Source: Chloroflexota bacterium (GTDB lineage: Bacteria > Chloroflexota > Chloroflexia > QHBQ01). Taken from it: a stretch of DNA of 36,610 bases. A program made the translations under genes and the position numbers. Of the stretch, positions 7,608-15,369 are shown one piece after another (position 1 is the stretch's first letter; each line of letters begins with the position of its first letter). The stretch lies in contig JAYUUN010000073.1 of the NCBI GenBank assembly GCA_043754535.1, positions 1 to 36,610 of the forward strand, written 5' to 3'. The notes below the pieces were generated by a model. The model ran no database searches and was not told where the DNA came from. It was given only the letters and a program-made list of their open reading frames with translations.

Positions 7608-8726
7608 CTACTGGCTGAACAGAGTGATGATCTGCTGACCCTCCACAGGCGGCCATGCCTGATCCCAGTGCAGATTGGCTAGCATAGCAACTACCACCCC
7701 CTGCTGTGGCCCCACCAGCAGGTAGCTGCGGGTGCCGCCCAGTTGCCCAGCGTGGCCTACCACCTCTGGCTGATCGGCGCGGGTCATCCAGCCCAGGCCA
7801 TAGTGCGTCTTCAGCCCCTTCGTTGTCTGCTGCTCCGCCCAGAGCATCTGGATCGTGCCGGGGTTGAGGAAGCTGTCACCTAGCATAGCCGAGCCGAAGC
7901 GCACCAAATCCTCGCTAGTGGAGAGGTAGCCACCCGCACCGAGGATCGCCTGCAAGTTCTGCGGCCTGGCAGGGAGCAGCTTGCCCCCACGCAGCGAGTA
8001 GAACTGGCTGCGGTTTGGCAGCCCCTCCGCATCGGGTACTGTCTCCTTCATGCCCAGCGGTCCCAGCACTGTCCGTTGCAGCAAAGTCGGGTAGGCCATA
8101 TCGGTGGCACCCTCCAGGCTGGCAGCCAGCAGTTCGTAGCCGAGGTTGGAGTACGCATAACCGCTACCAGGGATGTAGAGCAGCGGGTCGTCTTTGAAGT
8201 AGCTGAGGCTGTCTTGCACCCCTGCGTACTGTTCGGTGCGGCTCCACATCCGCGTGCTGATCCCGGCCTGGTGGCTGGCAAGCAGACGCGGCGTGACAGT
8301 GTAGTTCTTCTTGGGGAAGTCTGGCAGGTAGCGTTGGATCGGTGCATCAAGGTCGAACTGGCCGCGCTCGTAGAGGCGGGCCATCGCTGCACTGGTTAGT
8401 GTCTTGGTGATGCTGGCGATGCGGAACTTTGTGCTGGGACAGGCCCGCACCTGCGCCTCGACATCGGCGTAGCCAAAGCCAGCCGACCACACCAGCTTAC
8501 CGTCCACCGCCACAGCCACCGTCAGGCCGGGGACGTGGTAGGTTGCCTGTAGCTGCTCGATCAGTGGTTGGGCCTGGGCAATAGCCTGCGCGTAGGTGGG
8601 GTTGGCGACCCTCGTGCAGGCGACGGTGGGCGACTTGGCAACGGCCAGCGGGGGGAAGTAGAGGAGGATCAGCGCGGCAGCAACAAACAACAGGCTGGGT
8701 ATGCGGCTCAACTTGCGTGGGTACAT
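7608..8726 (-). CDS. Secreted serine hydrolase, beta-lactamase class C / PBP-like family
   Basis: Signal peptide, SITK (SxxK), YSN and HAG motifs; ATG 8726 lies downstream of its own promoter. Confidence 0.9.
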   Translation of the reverse strand: MYPRKLSRIPSLLFVAAALILLYFPPLAVAKSPTVACTRVANPTYAQAIAQAQPLIEQLQATYHVPGLTVAVAVDGKLVWSAGFGYADVEAQVRACPSTKFRIASITKTLTSAAMARLYERGQFDLDAPIQRYLPDFPKKNYTVTPRLLASHQAGISTRMWSRTEQYAGVQDSLSYFKDDPLLYIPGSGYAYSNLGYELLAASLEGATDMAYPTLLQRTVLGPLGMKETVPDAEGLPNRSQFYSLRGGKLLPARPQNLQAILGAGGYLSTSEDLVRFGSAMLGDSFLNPGTIQMLWAEQQTTKGLKTHYGLGWMTRADQPEVVGHAGQLGGTRSYLLVGPQQGVVVAMLANLHWDQAWPPVEGQQIITLFSQ

Positions 8727-8784
8727 AGGGGGTTCCTGTCTAACCTCGGCGATAGCAGATGACGACGGAGTGGGTGCTGGCTGG

Positions 8785-8813
8785 AATATAGCATACCCCC
8801 ACTTGCTCGTCAA
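8785..8813 (-). promoter_or_regulatory. Sigma70 promoter for serine hydrolase
   Basis: TTGACG-N17-TATATT with extended TG. Confidence 0.65.
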
Positions 8814-8842
8814 CCCCGTCCTGCCACAAGCCCGCCAGGCTA

Positions 8843-8851
8843 TGGTATAAT
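8843..8851 (+). promoter_or_regulatory. Extended -10 promoter for glyA
   Basis: TGGTATAAT upstream of the AAGGA RBS. Confidence 0.65.
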
Positions 8852-8896
8852 TGCACAAATTGACCCCGTTAGCCACTATTCAGGAAGGAATCCGCC

Positions 8897-10219
8897 ATGA
8901 CCGCAACCATCGAAGCCCCTGCCGCCAGCCAGCAGGCCAACTGGGGCTGGGCCGACCTCCGCGAGGTTGACCCTGAAATCTACGCCGCGATCAAACAGGA
9001 GGAGCGTCGCCAGCAGGACAAGATCGAGCTAATCGCCAGCGAAAACTATGTTAGCCGCGCTGTTTTGCAGGCGGTTGGTACGGTATTGACCAACAAGTAC
9101 GCTGAGGGCTACCCTGGCAAGCGGTACTATGGTGGCTGCGAATACGTAGACATCGCCGAGGAACTGGCTATCAGCCGGGCTAAGGAGCTTTTTGGTGCAG
9201 ACCACGCCAACGTGCAGCCGCATAGTGGCGCACAAGCTAACTTCAGCGTGTACCTTGCCACCTTGCAGCCGGGTGACACCATCCTGGGCATGAGCCTGGC
9301 CCACGGCGGCCACCTGACCCACGGCTACAGCGTCTCTGCTAGCGGCAAAATCTACCGCGGTGTGACCTATGGTGTGCGCGAAAGTGACCAGCGCATCGAC
9401 TACGACGAGGTGCAGCGCGTCGCCCTGGCCGAGAAGCCGAAGATGTTGGTTTGCGGCGCGTCTGCCTACCCGCGTATCATTGACTTCGCCCGCCTGCGCG
9501 AGATCGCCGATAGCGTGGGTGCCTTGCTCATGGCCGACATAGCGCACATTGCTGGGCTGGTCGCCGCTGGGCTGCACCCTTCTCCCGTCCCCTACGCCGA
9601 CTTTGTGACCACCACTACGCACAAGACGCTGCGTGGGCCACGTGGCGGCCTGATCCTCTGCAAGGCAATGCACGCGAAGGCAATTGACAAGGCGGTATTT
9701 CCCGGCGTGCAGGGAGGCCCCCTGATGCACGTGATCGCAGGCAAGGCAGTCGCTTTCAAGGAAGCCCTTGCCCCCACCTTCAAGGCCTACGAGCAGCAGA
9801 TTCTAGACAATGCGCAGGCGATGGCCCACGCGCTGACCGAGCCGAACGAGCAGGGTGCGGCCTTGCGCCTGGTTAGTGGCGGCACCGACAACCACCTGAT
9901 GTTGGTGGACGTGAGCGCGATTGGTCTGACGGGCAAGGTGGCCGAGGCTGCATTGGACGCAGTAGGCATTACCGTGAACAAGAACGCGATCCCCTTCGAC
10001 CAGAACCCGCCCACTCTCGCCAGCGGCATCCGCGTTGGCAGCCCGGCTGTCACCTCACGGGGTTTTGGCGTGGCCGAGATGACGGAGGTGGCCGCGATCA
10101 TCAAGCTCACCCTCTATAATGCTGCCCAGGGCGAGCAGGCCGACCCTGCCGTAACCACCCAGGCTAGCCAGCGCGTGCTAGCCCTGACCAGCCGCTTCCC
10201 AGTACCGGGGCTAATGTAG
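8897..10219 (+). CDS. glyA: Serine hydroxymethyltransferase
   Basis: [35 protein letters not shown] (PLP lysine), GGTDNHL. Confidence 0.99.
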   Translation: MTATIEAPAASQQANWGWADLREVDPEIYAAIKQEERRQQDKIELIASENYVSRAVLQAVGTVLTNKYAEGYPGKRYYGGCEYVDIAEELAISRAKELFGADHANVQPHSGAQANFSVYLATLQPGDTILGMSLAHGGHLTHGYSVSASGKIYRGVTYGVRESDQRIDYDEVQRVALAEKPKMLVCGASAYPRIIDFARLREIADSVGALLMADIAHIAGLVAAGLHPSPVPYADFVTTTTHKTLRGPRGGLILCKAMHAKAIDKAVFPGVQGGPLMHVIAGKAVAFKEALAPTFKAYEQQILDNAQAMAHALTEPNEQGAALRLVSGGTDNHLMLVDVSAIGLTGKVAEAALDAVGITVNKNAIPFDQNPPTLASGIRVGSPAVTSRGFGVAEMTEVAAIIKLTLYNAAQGEQADPAVTTQASQRVLALTSRFPVPGLM

Positions 10220-10332
10220 GCCATAGCCAGCGGTTGAGGACTGCTGCCCAACTACTGCGCGGGGTGCTGCTTGCCTCGCGCACCAGGCTCAAGCCTCAAC
10301 CCACAGTCTGCGCTACTCAAGCGGAGGTGAAG

Positions 10333-11019
10333 ATGAACGATGATCGTGCTACACGCAATACCGCCACGCCACCAGGGGGCGATCTGGACGACATAGCCAA
10401 CCTGCACGTCAGCAACCACCCGCTGATCCAGCACAAGCTGTCGCTCCTGCGCGACAAGGGGACGGAGCCAAAACGCTTCCGCGAACTGGTTAGTGAACTG
10501 GCGATCCTGCTCACCTACGAGGCCACCCGCGACCTACCAACCGAGCGGGTGCTGGTCGAGACCCCAATGGCGACCGCCGAATGCGAGCGGATCGAGACTC
10601 GCGTTGGCCTGGTGCCGATCTTGCGAGCAGGGTTGGGCATGATTGAGCCAGTGCTGAACACTCTCCCCTATGCCCAGGTCTGGCACATCGGCCTCTACCG
10701 CGACCACAGCACGCTAGAACCAATCGAGTATTACAACAAACTACCGGTGCAGCCGACTACCGACCTCTGCCTGGTGCTAGACCCGATGCTGGCGACGGGC
10801 GGCTCGGCTATCGCCACTATCGACATCCTCAAACGTTGGGGCGCACGCACGATTAAGTTTATTGGCCTGATCGCCGCGCCCGAAGGTGTCCGCCACCTCG
10901 CCAACGCCCACCCCAACGTACCCATCCATGTCGCCGCCGTAGACAGCCACCTCAACGAGCTTGGCTATATCGTCCCTGGCCTCGGTGATGCGGGCGACCG
11001 CCAGTTCGGTACTGCTTAG
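10333..11019 (+). CDS. upp: Uracil phosphoribosyltransferase
   Basis: [49 protein letters not shown] before ATG 10333. Confidence 0.98.
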   Translation: MNDDRATRNTATPPGGDLDDIANLHVSNHPLIQHKLSLLRDKGTEPKRFRELVSELAILLTYEATRDLPTERVLVETPMATAECERIETRVGLVPILRAGLGMIEPVLNTLPYAQVWHIGLYRDHSTLEPIEYYNKLPVQPTTDLCLVLDPMLATGGSAIATIDILKRWGARTIKFIGLIAAPEGVRHLANAHPNVPIHVAAVDSHLNELGYIVPGLGDAGDRQFGTA

Positions 11020-11026
11020 GAGTATT

Positions 11027-11362
11027 ATGTACGACTTCGACAACAAGACCTTCCGCGTGGTGCAAAACGACGGCCCCAGTGCAGAGGTGACAACCGCGAC
11101 GATCTTCCAGTTCTGGCAGGTCGGCAACCTCGTTCACGCCGACTATGAGGGCGGCGGTGTGCGCTACGACAAGCTGGTCGGCCTGCTTGAGGGTGACAGT
11201 ATGCACCATGCCTACACCCAGATCAACCAGCAGGGCCAGTTCCAGAGCGGGCGTGGTGTAGATCAACTGCGCCTGACCGAGGATGGCAGGCTGCAAATAG
11301 TGGATCAGTGGCAGTGGGATGATGGCAGCGGTTCTGGCTCCTGCTTGATGGAGGAGGTCTAG
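11027..11362 (+). CDS. Conserved small beta-barrel hypothetical protein (family often auto-labelled N-acetylglutamate synthase)
   Basis: AGGAG RBS overlapping the upp stop; beta-strand-rich sequence with YEGG, GRL, WQW and C-terminal EE motifs recognised from memory. Confidence 0.75.
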   Translation: MYDFDNKTFRVVQNDGPSAEVTTATIFQFWQVGNLVHADYEGGGVRYDKLVGLLEGDSMHHAYTQINQQGQFQSGRGVDQLRLTEDGRLQIVDQWQWDDGSGSGSCLMEEV

Positions 11363-11372
11363 CCCACACGGC

Positions 11373-11408
11373 GACGGCCCCACCGGCGTTTAGCAGTGTG
11401 GGGCCGTC
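11373..11408. terminator. Hairpin terminator between convergent genes
   Basis: 11-bp stem GACGGCCCCAC/GTGGGGCCGTC followed by TTCTACTGTTT. Confidence 0.75.
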
Positions 11409-11444
11409 TTCTACTGTTTGGTTAGCTATTGGTAAGCGGTGGCT

Positions 11445-11714
11445 TCAGCGTAGCTCCCCACTGATATGCTCTTGCAGCTTAGCAAGCGACTCGTGCAGGC
11501 TGGCTGCCGCCAGCTTGCGGGCCTGACCTGCGACCTGCTTGTTCTGGAAGCCAGCGGCCTGGCTGTATAGGTCGAGGCCGAGCAATACTTCGCGCACTAC
11601 TTCGCTGAGGCGAGGGTCGGGCTGCGGGCCGGGCCAGCAACCACCGTGGATCGCCTTCCACAGTTCGAGGAAATCGGTGCTAGCTTCTACGTGTTGGCTC
11701 TGTACATGGTTCAT
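11445..11714 (-). CDS. Hypothetical 89-aa protein with GGCWPGPQPDP motif
   Basis: AAGGAG RBS, ATG start, occupies an otherwise empty gap and ends near a terminator. Confidence 0.75.
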   Translation of the reverse strand: MNHVQSQHVEASTDFLELWKAIHGGCWPGPQPDPRLSEVVREVLLGLDLYSQAAGFQNKQVAGQARKLAAASLHESLAKLQEHISGELR

Positions 11715-11815
11715 GATTGGTAACTCCTTCTATTGGTTGATGCTTGTGCTTGTCGCTCAACGTGCTGTCCATCTGCTATGCGCTTATTCAGCAGCGTTGC
11801 AACTATATTAGGCAG

Positions 11816-11969
11816 GCTCTGGCGCAGAGTTGGGTTAAGCTCAGTACACTTAGCCGCCAAGTGCTTTACACTTAGCAAGGTGAGCCGCTTGCTGCTGGCT
11901 GCCAGGGCAAACGCTAACCAGTCCCTAAAGCTGGCCGCCACTCTCGCAGCACGCATAATGCGCCAGAGC
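11816..11969. repeat. 154-bp segment bounded by an 11-bp inverted repeat, containing a 10-bp direct repeat
   Basis: GCTCTGGCGCA (11816-11826) / TGCGCCAGAGC (11959-11969); TACACTTAGC at 11845 and 11867. Confidence 0.55.
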
Positions 11970-12017
11970 AGTGTATAATTACGTAGCTATCCTCGTCCCG
12001 CTTAGAAGGAGCTTGCC

Positions 12018-13250
12018 ATGCGCGCCCTAACCCGACCCACCGCCCTGCTTACCCTCCTGCTTGTCCTCAGCCTCAGCCTCGCGGGCTGCAACCTCATGCC
12101 CGAAGGTAGTAGTGGGCAGCCGACCGCTACTACCCAGGCGCAGACCGACCCGACCGCTGCGAAGAACGAGGCCGCCGCCGCGCCGCTCAAGGCAACCGCC
12201 ACCGCCCTCGCCCAGGCCGACCGCAGCAGCACCGACTCTACGCCTAACCCTGGCAGCGGCAATGTCACCCTGCCACAGGGGATGGGTCGCCAGACCGACG
12301 TGACCCGCGCCGTAGACAAGGTTGGCCCGGCCACTGTGACGGTGGTGAGCAAGCTGGCGGCCAGCGACAGCGCAGGTCTGGGCGGCGAAGCCCTCGGCAC
12401 TGGTATCATCATTGACCGCCGGGGCTACATCATCACCAACAACCACGTGGTCGAAGGGCAGCAGGGTCTTGAGGTGATCTACGCCGATGGACGCAAGTTG
12501 AGCGAGGATCAGGTCGAGTTGGTTGGCACCGACCCCCTCAGCGATCTGGCCGTCCTCAAGGTGCAGGGCGACGTGCCAGCAGTTGCCACCCTCGGCGACT
12601 CCGACTCGCTGAAGGCGGGCGAGACGGTCGTTGCTATCGGTTCGGCCCTTGGCGACTTCCGCAATACCGTGACTGTCGGGGTGATCAGCGGCCTGCACCG
12701 CAACCTTGAGGGGCAGAGCGGCACCGAAGACGACATGATCCAGACCGACGCGGCGATCAATCACGGCAACAGTGGCGGCCCGCTGATCAACATGGATGCT
12801 GAGGTAGTAGGGGTGAATACTGCTGTGCTGCGCGACGCAGGCAGCAGCGGCGATGTGGCCGAAGGGTTGGGCTTCGCCATCCCCAGCAATACAGTGCGCG
12901 ATATTAGTAGCCAACTGATCGCCAAAGGCAAGGTGGTGCGCCCCCTGCTCGGCGTACGGAGCCGGGCGATCACGCGCCAGGTAGCCTCGGCTTACGACCT
13001 CAACGACGAGAACGGCCAGCCGCTCGATGGTGGCATCTACGTGCAGAGCGTCACTGCTGGCAGCCCAGCGGCGCAAGCGGGCCTCCAGCGTGGCGACATC
13101 ATCACCCGCATCAACGAGTTTCCACTTGATGCTGACCATACGATCAGCCAGGTACTAAGCAAGTTTGCCATCAACCAGCAAGTGACCGTTCACCTGATCC
13201 GGGGTGGGCGGGCGCGGGATGTGCAAGTGCAGTTGGTAGAGCGGCCCTGA
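12018..13250 (+). CDS. htrA: HtrA/DegP-family serine protease lipoprotein with one PDZ domain
   Basis: Lipobox LAGC; TNNHVV, DLAV, IQTDAAINHGNSGGPL; C-terminal PDZ; TATAAT at 11974 and AAGGAG RBS. Confidence 0.93.
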   Translation: MRALTRPTALLTLLLVLSLSLAGCNLMPEGSSGQPTATTQAQTDPTAAKNEAAAAPLKATATALAQADRSSTDSTPNPGSGNVTLPQGMGRQTDVTRAVDKVGPATVTVVSKLAASDSAGLGGEALGTGIIIDRRGYIITNNHVVEGQQGLEVIYADGRKLSEDQVELVGTDPLSDLAVLKVQGDVPAVATLGDSDSLKAGETVVAIGSALGDFRNTVTVGVISGLHRNLEGQSGTEDDMIQTDAAINHGNSGGPLINMDAEVVGVNTAVLRDAGSSGDVAEGLGFAIPSNTVRDISSQLIAKGKVVRPLLGVRSRAITRQVASAYDLNDENGQPLDGGIYVQSVTAGSPAAQAGLQRGDIITRINEFPLDADHTISQVLSKFAINQQVTVHLIRGGRARDVQVQLVERP

Positions 13251-13268
13251 ACTATGCAGGCTGGCCTG

Positions 13269-13285
13269 TTGGCACGCCTTGTGCT
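13269..13285 (+). promoter_or_regulatory. Sigma54-type (-24/-12) promoter
   Basis: TTGGCACGCCTTGTGCT with exact GG-N10-GC spacing, upstream of an alpha/beta hydrolase. Confidence 0.55.
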
Positions 13286-13332
13286 GCTTAGCTGTTGGCG
13301 TGTGATAGTGTCCAACAATCAGGAGGATGTGA

Positions 13333-14139
13333 ATGTCCTATATAGAAGTAGGATCGGATGTTAAGCTGTACGTGCAAGACCTGGGTAAGGGCAAGCCGAT
13401 TGTTTTCGTCCACGGCTGGCCGCTCAACCACAAGATGTGGGAGTACCAGCAGACCTCCCTTCCTGCCTTCGGCTACCGCTGCATCAGCCCCGACCTGCGC
13501 GGCTTCGGCCTCTCCGACAGCCCCTGGGGTGATGAGAACTACACCTACGACACCTTCGCCAGCGACCTCAAGGCGGTGCTGGACAAGCTCAACGTAGAGA
13601 ACGCGACCCTGGTTGGCTTCTCTATGGGTGGTGGGGTGGCCCTCCACTATATGGCCCGCTACAACCAGCAGCACATCGCCCGCCTGGTGCTGGCTGGCCC
13701 GGCTACGCCCAGCTACACCAAACGCTCTGGCTTCGACCACGGGGTGCCTACCGCGGCAGTGGATGGCCTGATTACCGGCATCCAGGCTGACCGGGCCAAG
13801 ACCATCGCCGATTTTGGCAAGAACTTCTTCGGTAGCAGCATCAGCAGCGAGCTAGCCGATCAGTTCCAGGGCATCAACATGGAAGCCTCTGCTCACGGCA
13901 CCATCTCTGCCGCCCGCAACCTGCGCGACAGCGACCTGCGTGCCGACCTGGAGAAGATCACTGTGCCAACCCTGATCCTGCATGGCAAGAAGGACAAGAT
14001 CGTACCCTTCGAGTTGGGCGAGTACACCCACCAGCAGATCAAGGGGTCGCAACTTGTAGCCTTCGAGCATAGCGGCCACGGTCTGGTCTACGACGAAATG
14101 GCGAAGTTTAACGACGAGCTACGCAAGTTTATCGGCTAG
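13333..14139 (+). CDS. Alpha/beta hydrolase, non-heme chloroperoxidase/arylesterase-like
   Basis: HGWP, DLRGFGLS, GFSMGGG (nucleophile), HGKKDKIVP, SGHG; AGGAGG RBS. Confidence 0.93.
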   Translation: MSYIEVGSDVKLYVQDLGKGKPIVFVHGWPLNHKMWEYQQTSLPAFGYRCISPDLRGFGLSDSPWGDENYTYDTFASDLKAVLDKLNVENATLVGFSMGGGVALHYMARYNQQHIARLVLAGPATPSYTKRSGFDHGVPTAAVDGLITGIQADRAKTIADFGKNFFGSSISSELADQFQGINMEASAHGTISAARNLRDSDLRADLEKITVPTLILHGKKDKIVPFELGEYTHQQIKGSQLVAFEHSGHGLVYDEMAKFNDELRKFIG

Positions 14140-14166
14140 TCCACCTGTCAACTGATCATCGGCGTA

Positions 14167-14175
14167 TGGTACAAT
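14167..14175 (+). promoter_or_regulatory. Extended -10 promoter for selD operon
   Basis: TGGTACAAT 57 nt upstream of the selD ATG. Confidence 0.6.
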
Positions 14176-14210
14176 AGACGCTAGCCAGCAGTGCGCTAGC
14201 GTCTTGCTTT
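14176..14210 (+). terminator. Terminator of the hydrolase gene, overlapping the selD transcription start
   Basis: 10-bp stem AGACGCTAGC/GCTAGCGTCT followed by TGCTTT. Confidence 0.7.
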
Positions 14211-14232
14211 GCCAGGGAGAAGGAGAAGAACG

Positions 14233-15357
14233 ATGGATGCGCCAGAGAAGTTGCGCCTGACCAGCCTATCTGCCTCAGCGGGCTGTGCGGCCAAGATGGG
14301 GCCGGGCGACCTGTTGCAGGTCTTGCAGCGACTGCATGGCGACGGCACCACGCACCCGGCCTTGTTGACTAGCGTGGGCGACGATGCAGCGGTCTACCAG
14401 CTTAACCCCAACCAGGCGATTGTGCAGACGCTAGACTTCTTCCCCCCGGTGGTGGATGACCCCTACACCTTTGGGGCCATTGCCGCCGCCAACGCGATGA
14501 GCGACGTTTACGCGATGGGTGGGCGCGTGTTGTTCGCCCTCAACATCGCGGCCATCCCCTTTGGGCTGGACAAGGACGTGGTAGCTGCCATCTTCCAGGG
14601 TGGAGCCGACAAGGTAGCTGAGGGCGGCGGCGTGATCGCAGGCGGCCATACGATCAGCGACCCGGAGCCAAAGTATGGCCTCTGCATCACTGGCATCGTC
14701 GACCCCGCCCGCATCTTCACCAAAGGGGGGGCGCAGGCGGGTGACGTGCTGATCCTGAGCAAGCCACTGGGTGTGGGCGTGCTGACTACTGCCCTCAAGC
14801 GCAATCTCCGCACAGAGGACGATCCCGCGGTCGCGGCGGCAGTTGCCAGTATGCTGCGCCTCAACCTGGATGCCGCCCGCGTGCTGGGCCGCGACAGCAC
14901 CCTCGTTCACGCTGCCACTGATATTACCGGCTTCGGGCTGCTCGGCCACGCCAGCGAGATGTGCCGCCAGAGTGCAGGGGTGATGATCGAGTTTTGGGCC
15001 GACCGCCTACCGCTCTTGCCAGAGGCCTACGAGTTGGCGGCCCAAGACTGCCTGCCTGGTGGCATGGGCCGCAACCGCCAGTTCCTGCTAGGCGAGACGG
15101 CAGCAGGCGGTCCGGTGGTCGGCTTCACTGCTGGGGTGAACGCGATCTGGCAATCTTTGTTGTTCGACCCAGAGACCAGCGGTGGACTGCTGGCTGCGGT
15201 GCCGCTTGCCAGTGCCGCTGGCCTGGTTGCGGCTTTGCGAGAAGCGGGCGACAGCAGGGCAGCGGTAGTAGGCCGCGTGCTGGCTGCTTCGCCCAAGAAC
15301 GTAGGCATGGTGATCGTCAGCGACGCACGCGAGTACGAACGCGGGCGTTCGGTTTAG
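14233..15357 (+). CDS. selD: Selenide, water dikinase (selenophosphate synthetase), Cys form
   Basis: GCAAK active site (TGT codon), DDAAVY, DFFPPVVDDPY, ANAMSDVYAMGG, GGHT, TDITGFGLLGH, DPETSGGLL; AAGGAG RBS before ATG 14233. Confidence 0.97.
   Translation: MDAPEKLRLTSLSASAGCAAKMGPGDLLQVLQRLHGDGTTHPALLTSVGDDAAVYQLNPNQAIVQTLDFFPPVVDDPYTFGAIAAANAMSDVYAMGGRVLFALNIAAIPFGLDKDVVAAIFQGGADKVAEGGGVIAGGHTISDPEPKYGLCITGIVDPARIFTKGGAQAGDVLILSKPLGVGVLTTALKRNLRTEDDPAVAAAVASMLRLNLDAARVLGRDSTLVHAATDITGFGLLGHASEMCRQSAGVMIEFWADRLPLLPEAYELAAQDCLPGGMGRNRQFLLGETAAGGPVVGFTAGVNAIWQSLLFDPETSGGLLAAVPLASAAGLVAALREAGDSRAAVVGRVLAASPKNVGMVIVSDAREYERGRSV
14313..14329 (+). promoter_or_regulatory. SECIS-like stem-loop inside selD
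   Basis: GTTGCA-GGTCT-TGCAGC; the loop starts with GG and has 32 nt between it and the active-site codon. Confidence 0.5.
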
Positions 15358-15369
15358 AGAGGCGAGAGC

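Noticed and set aside
11027..11362. N-acetylglutamate synthase function
   Set aside because: 111 aa with no GNAT or kinase-like motifs; the label is probably a propagated misannotation
14284..14286. Selenocysteine codon in selD
   Set aside because: The codon is TGT (Cys), and no in-frame TGA read-through candidate was seen in the called genes
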